From an uncultured delta proteobacterium (GTDB taxonomy: Bacteria; Desulfobacterota; Desulfobulbia; Desulfobulbales; Desulfocapsaceae): a stretch of 64,000 nt of DNA. The stretch spans positions 1,190 to 65,189 of the forward strand of contig CAWJYH010000025.1 in assembly GCA_963847035.1 (NCBI GenBank), read 5' to 3'. Numbering within the stretch: the first letter of the stretch is position 1; each line of letters starts with the position of its first letter. Under the pieces are notes generated by a model. The model was not told the DNA's origin and did no database searches. It was given only the letters and a program-made list of their open reading frames with translations. Shown in pieces: positions 27,523-37,355 of this stretch. Made by a program: the position numbers and the translations under genes.

Positions 27523-28584
27523 ATGAGCATACTTTTTTCCCCACTCACCCTGCGCTCAATCACATTTCGCAACCGGATTTTCGTGTCTCCGATGTGCCAG
27601 TATTCAAGTCCCGATGGAGTGCCTGGTGACTGGCATCTCGTACACCTCGGCAGTCGGGCCGTCGGCGGCGCCGGACTGGTGATGGTGGAGGCCACCGCGG
27701 TCAGTCCGGAGGGGCGGATCAGCCCGGATGACAGCGGGATCTGGAATGATGCCCAGGCTCAGGCATTCAAGGCGATTGCCCGCTTTATCAAGGAGCAGGG
27801 GGCGGTGCCGGGGATTCAGCTGGCCCATGCCGGCCGCAAGGCCTCCTGCTCGGCTCCGTGGCTGGGGGGCGGACCGCTGGGTATCGATGAGCGCGGCTGG
27901 CAACCGCTGGCTCCGAGTGCCGCCGCCTTTGACGCGGGGCATCCCGTGCCGCGGGCCCTGACCCTCGACGACATGAGCCAGGTCGAAAGCCGGTTCCAGG
28001 CTGCTACCCGGCGGGCGTTGGCAGCCGGTTTCGAGGTGGTGGAACTGCACATGGCGCACGGCTATCTCCTTCATGAATTTCTTTCCCCCCTGGTCAATCG
28101 GCGAGGGGATGAATATGGCGGCAGCCTCGACAATCGGCTGCGTTTCCCCTTGCGGGTGGCGCGTGCGGTGCGGGCGGAATGGCCGGAGGATCTGCCGGTT
28201 TTCGTCCGGATCTCAGCGACCGATTGGGTGGCGGGGGGATGGGATCTTGATCAATCGGTGCTCCTGGCCCTCCAGTTGAAAGAGATCGGGGTCGACTTCA
28301 TCGATTGTTCCTCCGGCTTTGCCGTCCCCAATGAGACGATTCCGTTCGGTCCCGGCTTTCAGGTCCCTTTTGCGGCCAGGATTCGGGCTGAGGCCGGAAT
28401 CGCCAGCGGCGCGGTCGGCTACATTACCGACCCGGCTCAGGCTGAACAGATCGTGGCGACGGGTCAGGCCGATGCGGTCCTCCTGGGGCGGCAGATGCTC
28501 CGCGATCCCTACTGGCCGCTGCATGCCGCCAAGGCCCTGCATGCCGATACGGGGTGGCCGAAACAGTACGCCCGGGCCCGGTAA
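27523..28584 (+). CDS. namA: NADPH dehydrogenase / NADH:flavin oxidoreductase, Old Yellow Enzyme (YqjM/NamA type)
   Basis: LFSPLTLRSITFRNRIFVSPMCQYSS, HLGSRAVGGAG, QLAHAGRK, ELHMAHGYLLHEFLSP. Confidence 0.92.
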   Translation: MSILFSPLTLRSITFRNRIFVSPMCQYSSPDGVPGDWHLVHLGSRAVGGAGLVMVEATAVSPEGRISPDDSGIWNDAQAQAFKAIARFIKEQGAVPGIQLAHAGRKASCSAPWLGGGPLGIDERGWQPLAPSAAAFDAGHPVPRALTLDDMSQVESRFQAATRRALAAGFEVVELHMAHGYLLHEFLSPLVNRRGDEYGGSLDNRLRFPLRVARAVRAEWPEDLPVFVRISATDWVAGGWDLDQSVLLALQLKEIGVDFIDCSSGFAVPNETIPFGPGFQVPFAARIRAEAGIASGAVGYITDPAQAEQIVATGQADAVLLGRQMLRDPYWPLHAAKALHADTGWPKQYARAR

Positions 28585-28860
28585 TCCCGTCTGACGGTCT
28601 TCGGCGATCGTTCCCGGACTCCACACACCATGCATTTATCGGTTTCCATGCCGGAACGAACTGGCTACAATCGCTGTTGCCGGGTATTTCTTTTTCTTTC
28701 GATTCGGTCGTGCGACAAGGTCCCGGCGGCAGCCTTTCCCACGGCCGTCCGATCGGGGCCTCTGTGTCCCGGGTCCTGGCGTCACTGCCCCATGAAATTC
28801 CCGAAGACCAGCCCTCTTCGGACCCACCCATAACCTCAGGTTTTCCTCGCTCTCTCTTCC

Positions 28861-31266
28861 ATGCCGATCACACAACTGACCGTTGACGAACTGCGCCTCA
28901 CCGTCGATCCCGACACGCTGGGGTTTGCCGACACCTCGGAATTGCTGGAACACGCCCTTTCCTGGATCGGGCAGGAGCGGGCGGAAATCGCCGTCCGCTT
29001 CGGTTTGGGGATGGATCAGGCCGATTACAACCTGTTCGTCCTGGGTGAGGCCGGCAGCGGCCGCTCGTCGCTTCTGCGCCAGGCCATGCTGGCCGCCGCC
29101 TCAACCCGCGCCACCCCGCCGGACCTCTGTTATCTGTACAATTTCAATGCCCCGGAACGTCCCCGTGCCCTCCGCCTGCCGAGTGGCCAGGGCCGCCTGC
29201 TGCGACAGAATATGGCGCGGATGATGAATACCCTGCTGGCGGATATCCCGCAGCAACTGGACGGCCCGCACTTCAAGGTCGAGAGCGAGCGTATCGCCAA
29301 ATCCTACAAGGAGGAGGAGTCCAGGGCCTACGCCGAACTCGATGCCTTCGGCGAAGCCCGGAATTTCACGATGCGCCGCGAGTCAGGGCACATGCACTTC
29401 ACGTTGCGCGGCAAGGAAGGGCATGCGATGACCGAAGACGAGATGCTGGCCCTGCCGAAGGAGCAGCGGGCCGAGATCGATCGGGCCGAGCAGGAATTGA
29501 TCGATGAGATCAACCGGTACCTGGAGGCGACCCGGCCGCAGGAGCAGGTGATGGTCGATTCGCTCGCGGCGTTGCGCCGCAAGGTGGTCAAGCCGCTGCT
29601 CGACCGCGAACTGCGTCGGATTCGCACCGCCCTGAAGAAAAAGAACCAGGATCTCCCCGGACTGGAGACCTATCTCCACCAGGTCAGGGATGACATCCTC
29701 GACAACCTCGAATTGTTCAAGCCTGCCGAGACCGATGACGAGCTGCGCAAGGAGATGTTGGCCAAACTGTTGCCCCGCTATCGGGTCAACCTGGTGGTGG
29801 ACAATGACGGTCTGCGCGGGGTGCCGGTGATCGTCGAAGACAACCCGCTGTTCCGGTCGCTGTTCGGCAGCATCGAATACCAATCCGAGAATGACGTCCT
29901 GGTGACCGATTTTTCCCGGATTCGTGCCGGTAGCCTGCACAAGGCCCATGGTGGCTTCCTGATGCTGCATCTGCGCGACCTGCTGACCGATGGCCTGGTC
30001 ATGGAGAAGCTGCGGCGTTTCCTCCGCAGCGGTCGCCTCCAGATCGAGGAACCGGGCACCGCCTTCGCGCCGATTGCTGCGGTTTCGCTCGAACCCGAGG
30101 CGGTCGATGTCGATGTCAAGATCGTCCTGATCGGCTCGCGCGATCTGTATTACGATCTGCAGGAGGGTGACCCCGAATTTGCCCGCCGCTTCCGCGTCAA
30201 GGTCGACTTTGCCGAGAGATTTGCGGCGAGCGACGCCACCCGCCGCGCCTCCGCGATCTTCGTCGCCCATACCTGCAAACTCCTGGAGCTGCCTCATTTC
30301 TCCGCCGCCGCGGTGTCCCGGCTGCTGGAGCAGGGGCATCGCGAGGCCGAGGACCGGTCGCGCCAGAGCGCGATCTTCGGGCACACCGAGGCGCTGATAC
30401 TGGAAAGCGCGGCGCTGTGCCGGACCCGGACCGGCGGTCTGGTGGCGGCGGCCGACGTCGACATGGCCCTCGCCGCCCGCAGGCAGCGCCACGACTATCC
30501 CGAACAGCGGCTGCGGGAAGCGATCGCCGAGGGCGATGTGCTCATCGCCCTGCAGGGCGAGTCGGTCGGCCAGTTGAACGGTCTGACCGTCGTCGACCTC
30601 GGTGATCACCGCTTCGGTTTTCCGGTCCGTGTCTCGGCCCGGACCTATGCCGGCGAGGAAGGGCTGATCAACATCGAACGGGAGGTCAACATGTCCGGCC
30701 CGATTCACGACAAAGGGGTCCTCATCCTCCATCATTATCTCGCCGCGCTGTTCACCCGCAACGCCCCTCTGGCGTTCAACGCCTCCATCGTCTTCGAACA
30801 GGAGTACAGCGGCGTCGAAGGCGATTCCGCCTCCTGCGCCGAGCTGTATGTGTTGCTCTCGTCTCTGTCCGGTCTGCCGCTGAGGCAGGGCATCGCGGTC
30901 ACCGGGGCGCTCAACCAGCACGGCGAGGTGTTGCCGGTGGGCGGCATCAACGAGAAGATCGAAGGGTATTTCGACATCTGTGATGAGGCCGGACTGAACG
31001 GCGGTCAGGGGGTACTGATTCCGGATCGCAACCGCCGTCACCTGATGCTTGATCACCGGGTCGTCAAGGCGGTGGCCCAGGGTCGGTTCCATATTCACAC
31101 GATCGGCCACGTCACCGATGGTCTGGAACTTCTTACGGGGGTGCCTGCGGGCCATGCCAACACCAAAGGCGTATACACGCGCGGCAGCGTGCTGGGCCTG
31201 GCCCAGAGCACCCTGCAGACCTACCGCCGGGCCTGTCTGACAACGGAGCACAAAAGGAAGCACTGA
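28861..31266 (+). CDS. Lon-like protease (AAA_32-type N-terminal region + Lon proteolytic domain)
   Basis: P-loop-like GEAGSGRSS. C-terminal Lon_C with GDSAS (catalytic Ser) and GGINEKIEGYF (Lys). About 800 aa, typical of this Lon-related family. Confidence 0.9.
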   Translation: MPITQLTVDELRLTVDPDTLGFADTSELLEHALSWIGQERAEIAVRFGLGMDQADYNLFVLGEAGSGRSSLLRQAMLAAASTRATPPDLCYLYNFNAPERPRALRLPSGQGRLLRQNMARMMNTLLADIPQQLDGPHFKVESERIAKSYKEEESRAYAELDAFGEARNFTMRRESGHMHFTLRGKEGHAMTEDEMLALPKEQRAEIDRAEQELIDEINRYLEATRPQEQVMVDSLAALRRKVVKPLLDRELRRIRTALKKKNQDLPGLETYLHQVRDDILDNLELFKPAETDDELRKEMLAKLLPRYRVNLVVDNDGLRGVPVIVEDNPLFRSLFGSIEYQSENDVLVTDFSRIRAGSLHKAHGGFLMLHLRDLLTDGLVMEKLRRFLRSGRLQIEEPGTAFAPIAAVSLEPEAVDVDVKIVLIGSRDLYYDLQEGDPEFARRFRVKVDFAERFAASDATRRASAIFVAHTCKLLELPHFSAAAVSRLLEQGHREAEDRSRQSAIFGHTEALILESAALCRTRTGGLVAAADVDMALAARRQRHDYPEQRLREAIAEGDVLIALQGESVGQLNGLTVVDLGDHRFGFPVRVSARTYAGEEGLINIEREVNMSGPIHDKGVLILHHYLAALFTRNAPLAFNASIVFEQEYSGVEGDSASCAELYVLLSSLSGLPLRQGIAVTGALNQHGEVLPVGGINEKIEGYFDICDEAGLNGGQGVLIPDRNRRHLMLDHRVVKAVAQGRFHIHTIGHVTDGLELLTGVPAGHANTKGVYTRGSVLGLAQSTLQTYRRACLTTEHKRKH

Positions 31267-31497
31267 TAGCGGCACGGGGGAGGGAGGCGCGGCCGCAGGT
31301 CGACGATTGGCTTTCAGAGATCCTCGGCAGGATCCGAGTGCCGATCGATTCGGTCTCGAGACCAGCGGCAACGACACAAAAAAAATGCAAACTTCGTTCT
31401 GAAAGAGTAGTTTGCAGGGTGTGGATTTCATGGTCCTCGCTCAGGAAGGCAATCGTTGCCGACCTCCGTCCCCGATGACGACACGGTATGACACGGC

Positions 31498-32184
31498 ATG
31501 AAGGATCAAAACAAGACCAAAAAGGAGCTGATCGCGGAAAATAACCGCCTGAGGCAGCGGATTCAGGAGTTGGAACAGACGTTGGCCGGCGACCGGACAT
31601 CGCTGGATCTCTCGGCGATCTGCAGGAACGGTCTGGCCGTGCTTCGCGACAGCACACCGAAACCTGTGGCCCTGGATGCCGACCTGCCGTCGCCTGGACC
31701 GGTGGTCCAGGCGAATGCCAGACAACTCCGCCAGACCTCAGAGACGACCTTCACCACGGAAGACCGGCCGGTCGGTACGATACTGCTGGTGGATGACGAT
31801 GACATCATCGTCAATATCACCAGCATGATGCTGGTGAGGCTGGGATTTACAGTACTGAGCGCCGGCGACGGCATACAGGCGGTTGAGATCTTCCGTCAGC
31901 ATCAGGATGAGATCTGCCTGGTGCTGAGCGACGTCTTCATGCCGAGGATGAACGGTTGGGAGACCTTGAGCGCGCTGCGCCGGATCGATCCCGACATTGC
32001 CGTGATCCTGATCAGCGGGTACGGAGAAGAGCAGATCATGGAGGGCGACCATCCCGATCTCCCCCAGGCCTTCCTTGAAAAACCTTACAGTTTCGAAGTA
32101 CTGAAGGATGCTCTTCGCCGTGCGCTCCGGGATACCGCCAAATATGCGTCCTGCCGGGGCTTCCTCGATCCGTCCGGCACCTGA
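31498..32184 (+). CDS. Response-regulator receiver protein with coiled-coil N-terminus (degenerate hybrid-kinase remnant)
   Basis: REC domain (ILLVDDDDII...VLSDVFMPRMNGWE...ILISGY). It is preceded by a coiled coil (ENNRLRQRIQELEQ) and an isolated kinase-like stretch DADLPSPGPVVQANARQLRQ, with no H-box or ATP-binding boxes. Confidence 0.8.
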   Translation: MKDQNKTKKELIAENNRLRQRIQELEQTLAGDRTSLDLSAICRNGLAVLRDSTPKPVALDADLPSPGPVVQANARQLRQTSETTFTTEDRPVGTILLVDDDDIIVNITSMMLVRLGFTVLSAGDGIQAVEIFRQHQDEICLVLSDVFMPRMNGWETLSALRRIDPDIAVILISGYGEEQIMEGDHPDLPQAFLEKPYSFEVLKDALRRALRDTAKYASCRGFLDPSGT

Positions 32185-32344
32185 CCGACTGAACGCCGGA
32201 TATTCGGTGAGCGGAAGGGAGATCGACCCCACCGGCGATTCGACGGTCAACCGATTTTTTGATCCTGCAGTTTTCACCGCCGCCGCTATCTTCCATCAAA
32301 GAGATGGAGGAGGGACGGCTGCAACACACCAGCGAGGAGACAAT

Positions 32345-32977
32345 ATGGGGTGGAATCTAGAGGGGGTTGTCTTTCTTCGCCCTCCCGACGTATATACCGG
32401 AACATTCGACAATGCCAAAATGCAGGCTCGGCATGAACAGCAGATGCAGGACAAACTCGCGCAGATCAAGGATGCCCTGGATCGGGAGGCCGATCCCCTC
32501 AAGGCGATGAAAATCCTGCATGTCAAAGACCATCTCCGATTCCTGCGCAACAATCTGGGACAGTTTCGCCAGGCCGGCAGGCTGGAGGAAGCGGTGCTTG
32601 TCGTATACGGCAGGCTCAACAGTCCTTTCTCTTCAGGCGGCGACGTTGAGGGATGGAATGACCTGTTCGCCGCCTGTGATCCGGAACGGTTGTATGCCCT
32701 TGGTGAACCTGTGGCTTTTACTTCCGCCACTGTTTATCGGGGTTCGGTCTCGGGCTTTGCGAGAAGCCTCAGTTGGACGCCCGACCGGCAAAGGGCGGAG
32801 GGGTTTGCCGAACGCTGGAAGGATCCTTCCCTGGGAGGCGGCGAACTGTGCGAGGTCGATATCGTCAAGGGCGATGTCATGGTGTATCTGCGGCGTCGGC
32901 ATGAGGATGAGGTTCTTCTCAAACCGGCGTTCATCACCTCGGCGGAGATCCGCCCGTTTCGCGGGAAAGGTATGTGA
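32345..32977 (+). CDS. Hypothetical protein
   Basis: 210-aa ORF with AGGAGA before the ATG at 32345 and reasonable codon usage. No confident family assignment. Confidence 0.5.
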   Translation: MGWNLEGVVFLRPPDVYTGTFDNAKMQARHEQQMQDKLAQIKDALDREADPLKAMKILHVKDHLRFLRNNLGQFRQAGRLEEAVLVVYGRLNSPFSSGGDVEGWNDLFAACDPERLYALGEPVAFTSATVYRGSVSGFARSLSWTPDRQRAEGFAERWKDPSLGGGELCEVDIVKGDVMVYLRRRHEDEVLLKPAFITSAEIRPFRGKGM

Positions 32978-33141
32978 TCCCAATGTGATCCCAGGTTGTT
33001 CGGGGGCAGGGAGTCCGGGCGGGGACGAGATCCGGTCTTGTTCCGGGTGCGGAGGAAAAGGTGAATCTCAGCCGCGAATCTCCCAAATATCTTGTTTGTT
33101 TCCTATCTTTGAGAAGGTTCCGGAGCCCAAGACGATCCGGG

Positions 33142-34026
33142 TCAGGGCAGGGCCATCTTCCAGGCGATCAGCAAGACGGCCAGTGATGCACCGGTGAGGA
33201 TGGTCTGCAGCCAGAACGAGGGGCGCAGGGCGAGAATAGGCTTCGTTCCGAAGAGATAGCCGGCGATCAGGCCGATCACCAGTCCGAAAAAATGGGCGCC
33301 GAGGTCGGTGCGTTCGCCTTCGCTGCCGACCATCGCCAGCATCGCCAGACCGGCCATCAGCGGCATCAGCCACCGGGTGCGGCCGATTGTCGAATGGCGG
33401 CGGAAATTGAGGGAGGAGAGCATGCCGATGACGGCGAATATGGCCGTCGAGAAGCCGACGAAATGATGCTCCCGCCCATGGGCGACGACATTGATCAGGT
33501 TGGCCAGGCCTGCCGCCGTCAGCAGGGCCGCCAGGCCGATCCCATTGCCTAGCAGCTGGAAGAGGTAATGGAGGAGGAAGACGCCGAGCACGCAGTTGCT
33601 CAGCAGGTGGAGGGCGTCGGCATGCAGGGTCAGGGCGGTGATCAGGCGGAAGTACTGGCCATCGGCCAGGATGGCGGTCGAATCCCCGGCCCCGGCGGCA
33701 AACCATGGCGAATCATGCCGCCATTGGCCGGTTTCGAGGTAGAGAAGAACAAGGCAGCCGATAATGAACGGGCTGAGCAGATGGAACGTCGGCCTGAACC
33801 GGTCCCGTTCAAGATTTCGTGGCGGCCAGTCCCGGTTTTCCTCGGCATAGGCGGTCAGTTCGCTGATGGCCCGGTCGGCCGATTCTGCGGCCACAGCAAT
33901 GCCCCAGGTCGATTGCGACGGGTAGGTGATCGTGTGCGGTATCTCGGCGGCTGAAAGCACCAGGGACCAGTCTCTGATCTCCTCCGGGTCATCGGTGGTA
34001 TGCACCAGCACCGGTGATTCAGCCAT
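33142..34026 (-). CDS. Rhomboid-family intramembrane serine protease
   Basis: LHADALHLLSN, catalytic GFSTAIFAVIG (GxSxxxF) and HFFGLVIGLIAG (His) in polytopic context. Confidence 0.85.
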   Translation of the reverse strand: MAESPVLVHTTDDPEEIRDWSLVLSAAEIPHTITYPSQSTWGIAVAAESADRAISELTAYAEENRDWPPRNLERDRFRPTFHLLSPFIIGCLVLLYLETGQWRHDSPWFAAGAGDSTAILADGQYFRLITALTLHADALHLLSNCVLGVFLLHYLFQLLGNGIGLAALLTAAGLANLINVVAHGREHHFVGFSTAIFAVIGMLSSLNFRRHSTIGRTRWLMPLMAGLAMLAMVGSEGERTDLGAHFFGLVIGLIAGYLFGTKPILALRPSFWLQTILTGASLAVLLIAWKMALP

Positions 34027-34472
34027 GCGGCCATCCCTTGACGTTTATCGAGCCGGTGCGAAAGGTGCCGGGAAAAGAGGATGCGGTCATCGTCGCCGAC
34101 GATGGCTTTCTGGAGTACCCGCAACGGCGGGAGGTCGATGGCGAGGGCGGTTTCATCCCGTCAGTGAAATACATCCGGCGCCGCCGATCAACGCATTTTT
34201 CGCGATAGCTCCGGGAAAAGGCGAAGACCGCAGGGGACAAGGACAGACAGGAACCAGCGACGAAGTCCTGCCACTGGCCCGATGCGGGTCCCGGCGATCG
34301 GACGGCGATCGGTCGTGTCCCGGTGATTGTCATTTCCCGGCTGCTCTGGTACCTTGAAAATTCTGTAGTTCGGTTTGAGCAGGGGTAGTTCGGCCCCGAC
34401 GGCGTCCGAGATTCCGGGTTGCCGGGGCTGTCATATTGCAACGGAAGCAACAATAACAGAGGGGTAACGATC

Positions 34473-34976
34473 ATGAACAGACTGTTGACGGCAATCCTGG
34501 CCCTGGGCCTGGTGCTGTTCGCCGCTGATCTGCAGGCCGGCGAACACCGGATCGGCGGCGGTGCCAATTACTGGATTGCGGTGGATGATCTCGATGAGGA
34601 AGGGATCGATGATGACGATGGTTTTTCCTATTTCGTCAGCTACCAGCACTGGTGGGATTTTCTCGGCGTCGAGGTCGATATGGAACTGCTGCCCGATCGC
34701 TTCGGTGATAATGCCTATGCCCCGGAGGCCTATATCCTGATCGGCAGCACGATCTATGCCGGTGCCGGCATGGGGCTCATCCGCACCAACGGCGAATTTG
34801 CCGACGACCCTTTCTATGCCTTCAGGGTCGGTTTGAACCTCGAACTGCTGCCCCGCGTCATCGTCGATATCTCGGCCAACTATCGTTTCAATGATTCGGT
34901 GCAGTTGGAGGATGACGGTACCGACATCGATGCCGACACCATCTTCCTTGGTGCCGCGGTCCGTTTCGCCCTGTAG
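34473..34976 (+). CDS. Small outer-membrane beta-barrel protein
   Basis: Signal peptide MNRLLTAILALGLVLFAADLQA, alternating hydrophobic beta-pattern, C-terminal ...GAAVRFAL. Confidence 0.7.
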   Translation: MNRLLTAILALGLVLFAADLQAGEHRIGGGANYWIAVDDLDEEGIDDDDGFSYFVSYQHWWDFLGVEVDMELLPDRFGDNAYAPEAYILIGSTIYAGAGMGLIRTNGEFADDPFYAFRVGLNLELLPRVIVDISANYRFNDSVQLEDDGTDIDADTIFLGAAVRFAL

Positions 34977-35083
34977 TCTCAGCCCTGCGATACAAAAGAA
35001 CTGAACGGGCGGGCGCACCACGAGCGCCTGCCGGAGGAGGACCGAGATTAAGTCGGTCCTCCGTGTGCCCATGGGGCGGGGCG

Positions 35084-35398
35084 TTATTTCACCGTCACGA
35101 GGTTGTTGACTTTCTTGACGCCACGGACGGAGGAGGCGATTTCCGCGGCCTTCCGCACCTGTTCGGGGGTGTTCACGGCGCCGGTGAGGGTGACCTCGCC
35201 GGAGAAGGTCTTGACGGAGATCGCAATTCCCTCGAGGGCCTTGTTGGCCAGGAGCGACGTTTTGACCTGGGTGGTGATGCCGGCGTCGTCCACGACCTCC
35301 CCGGCGCTTCTTCCGGCCGGGGTGTAGCAGGAGATCAGCAGGGCGGAACAGAGTGTAACGATGAAAGCGAAAATGAGGTGTTGTGATTTGTGCAGCAT
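35084..35398 (-). CDS. BON-domain lipoprotein (OsmY-like)
   Basis: Lipobox LLISC. BON domain DDAGITTQVKTSLLAN...ISVKTFSGEVTLTGAVNTPEQVRKAAEIASSVRGVKKVNNLV. Start at 35398. Confidence 0.8.
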   Translation of the reverse strand: MLHKSQHLIFAFIVTLCSALLISCYTPAGRSAGEVVDDAGITTQVKTSLLANKALEGIAISVKTFSGEVTLTGAVNTPEQVRKAAEIASSVRGVKKVNNLVTVK

Positions 35399-35527
35399 GG
35401 CGATGTCCTCCGTCGAATGGCAGCTAGAGACAGCATCCCCTTCTGGACGCTGCCGCATACGGTGCGTAGGTTTCAAGTATAAACAATTTGCGTCGACCGG
35501 CAAGATGAGAAAAGCATCTCTTCCGCA

Positions 35528-36088
35528 TTGCTCGATGCCGTCTCCGCTCCGCCACCGATGATCGAACCCATGCAATTACCGGCTCCCTCCCGCCAGGTCG
35601 GCGACGCTTATCTCCAACTCGTCATGGAGATCGACCGGTTCGTGAGCGAACTCGTCGAAGGCCGACTGGCCGGAAAAATCCGCTGTCGGCCGGGTTGTTC
35701 GGCCTGCTGCATGGAATTTTCGGTCCTGCCTCTGGAGGCGGCGATGCTGCTCGTGGGGCGGGATTGTCGGGCAGTCGATGCGCCGCACCGGAAGGGCCGA
35801 TGCGTTTTCCTCCGCGACGATCGCTGCACCGTTTATCCGCGGCGACCGATCATCTGCCGCACCCAAGGCATGGCCCTGGCCTATATAAATGAAATCGAAG
35901 AGCGGATAGAGGTTTCGGCCTGTCCCCTGAACTTCGGCGAGGACGACGTTCTCGAGCAGGCGGATCTGCTGTTCATGGACGGTTTCAACGAACGACTTGC
36001 CGTTCTCAATCTCCGATACAGCCAGGAGAACGGAATTGCGGCGGCGGTCAGAATCGCCCTGGCCGACCTCGCCTGCCCGCCGGCCTGA
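35528..36088 (+). CDS. YkgJ-family cysteine-cluster protein
   Basis: CRPGCSACC plus a downstream C...C (RCVFL..DRCTVY..RPIICR) pattern. Start codon uncertain. Confidence 0.7.
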   Translation: MLDAVSAPPPMIEPMQLPAPSRQVGDAYLQLVMEIDRFVSELVEGRLAGKIRCRPGCSACCMEFSVLPLEAAMLLVGRDCRAVDAPHRKGRCVFLRDDRCTVYPRRPIICRTQGMALAYINEIEERIEVSACPLNFGEDDVLEQADLLFMDGFNERLAVLNLRYSQENGIAAAVRIALADLACPPA

Positions 36089-36114
36089 TTTCCTTCCCCC
36101 CGGTTTTTTAGCGA

Positions 36115-36726
36115 TCAGTCGAATTCTTTCAGGACATACTGAAGCGGTTTTTTCTGCGGTCCGCCCTGGTCCTTTTTCGGGTAACCGATGGGAATGACGG
36201 CCATGAACTCGCCCTTGCTCTCGCCGAGAAAGGTCAGGACCTCGTCCTTGATCAGGTAGAGGATGCCGAGCCAGACGCTGCCGAGGCCAAGGGAGGTGGC
36301 GGCGAGGAGGAGATTTTCGACGGCGGCGGCGGAACTCTGAATCTCCATGGTCCGGAAGAAATCGCGGGACCGTTCCGGCTCGAGGTTGAACAGCTCGCTG
36401 CCGTGGGCGATGAGGCTGCCGGTGTTGTTGACGCTGATCACCACCGGGGCGCTGGCCAGGCAGCGCGAGGCCATCCGCAGGATCGACGACGAGGGCTTGG
36501 GAAAGTCGCCCGCCCGGCCGGCGACGAGGTGGGCCAGTTCCAGGCGTTTCTTCTCCCGCAGCACGACAAAGCGCCAGGATTGCTGGTTGTGGGCGGAAGG
36601 GGCCTGGTTGGCGGCATCGAGGATGATCTTGACCAGCTGCTCATCGACCGGAGTTTCCTGGAAGGCGCGGATGCTGTGGCGGCGAAAGATCGTCTCGAGG
36701 GTAGGGTTGGGGTGTGTACAGTTCAT
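36115..36726 (-). CDS. Nitroreductase-family protein
   Basis: RRHSIRAFQETPVD...ILDAANQAPSAHNQQSWRFVVL. Confidence 0.9.
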   Translation of the reverse strand: MNCTHPNPTLETIFRRHSIRAFQETPVDEQLVKIILDAANQAPSAHNQQSWRFVVLREKKRLELAHLVAGRAGDFPKPSSSILRMASRCLASAPVVISVNNTGSLIAHGSELFNLEPERSRDFFRTMEIQSSAAAVENLLLAATSLGLGSVWLGILYLIKDEVLTFLGESKGEFMAVIPIGYPKKDQGGPQKKPLQYVLKEFD

Positions 36727-36888
36727 CGATCACTATGGCCTTGCTGGAAAAAATAGAAAGGAAACAAGGGACTGCCGTCCCTGTTTCAACACGACTCAAC
36801 TATACCAGAAGACAAGTTCACGGCAAACATCTTGTGGCGACGACGGCGCCGCCTCCGTCGCCGCGGCGCAGATAGAGGATCGCCGGCG

Positions 36889-37263
36889 CTATTTACGGCT
36901 CCGGCGGAGGGCGCGGCGGACCAGCAGCAGATAGACGGCGGCGTTGATCACGACGACCAGCAGGCCGAGCCCGATCTGGATCTCCCGGGTCAGTTCTTCC
37001 GGATAGATGATGGGGAGCAGATAGTGGTCGATGAAGCCGCCATCATACCCTTGGCCGCCGGCGAGCCGGTTGAAATGGTTTTCAAGAGGAGTCAGCGGAC
37101 AGATACCGCCCGTGAATTCGATCAGGGCGCCCCACACGACCGCCGGCAGATGCAGCAGGGCGAGGCGGGGACGCGACAGGACCAGCAGTCCGCCGGTGGT
37201 GACGAAGAGGATGAACAGCAGGTGGAGGACGACGACCAGGTCGCCCAGAAGGCGATAGAACAT
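36889..37263 (-). CDS. DUF2784-family membrane protein
   Basis: LGDLVVVLHLLFILFV...GGICPLTPLEN motif typical of DUF2784. Confidence 0.75.
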   Translation of the reverse strand: MFYRLLGDLVVVLHLLFILFVTTGGLLVLSRPRLALLHLPAVVWGALIEFTGGICPLTPLENHFNRLAGGQGYDGGFIDHYLLPIIYPEELTREIQIGLGLLVVVINAAVYLLLVRRALRRSRK

Positions 37264-37355
37264 GGGGCGGTGATCCCGGTCGCTGGCAACGTGGTTGGAG
37301 GATGAGGATGTCCGGGGATCGGGCGTGGTCCGACCTTCACCCCGGGGCGAAGCGG

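Noticed and set aside
29383-31431. Other long antisense ORFs. These include 29383..31431 (682 aa), 55037..56851 (604 aa), 62001..63440 (479 aa), 17344..18723 (459 aa), 43266..44789 (507 aa), 52261..53637 (458 aa), 58677..59975 (432 aa) and 41155..42288 (377 aa).
   Set aside because: Each is opposite a confidently identified gene: lon-like, rnc/radical-SAM, M48, the Mo-oxidoreductase, aspartokinase, glgP, the FtsX permease and EamA. Each has Arg/Gly/Asp/Pro-dominated composition with no recognisable domain.
32345-32977. A possible ADP-ribosyltransferase R-S-E triad in the hypothetical protein (TVYRG ... SLSWT ... HEDEVLL), attractive because an ADP-ribosylglycohydrolase is also in the window.
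   Set aside because: The Arg-to-S.S spacing is only about 10 residues, against about 40-55 in known R-S-E ARTs. The glycohydrolase is 26 kb away. The similarity is limited to three short patterns that arise easily by chance.
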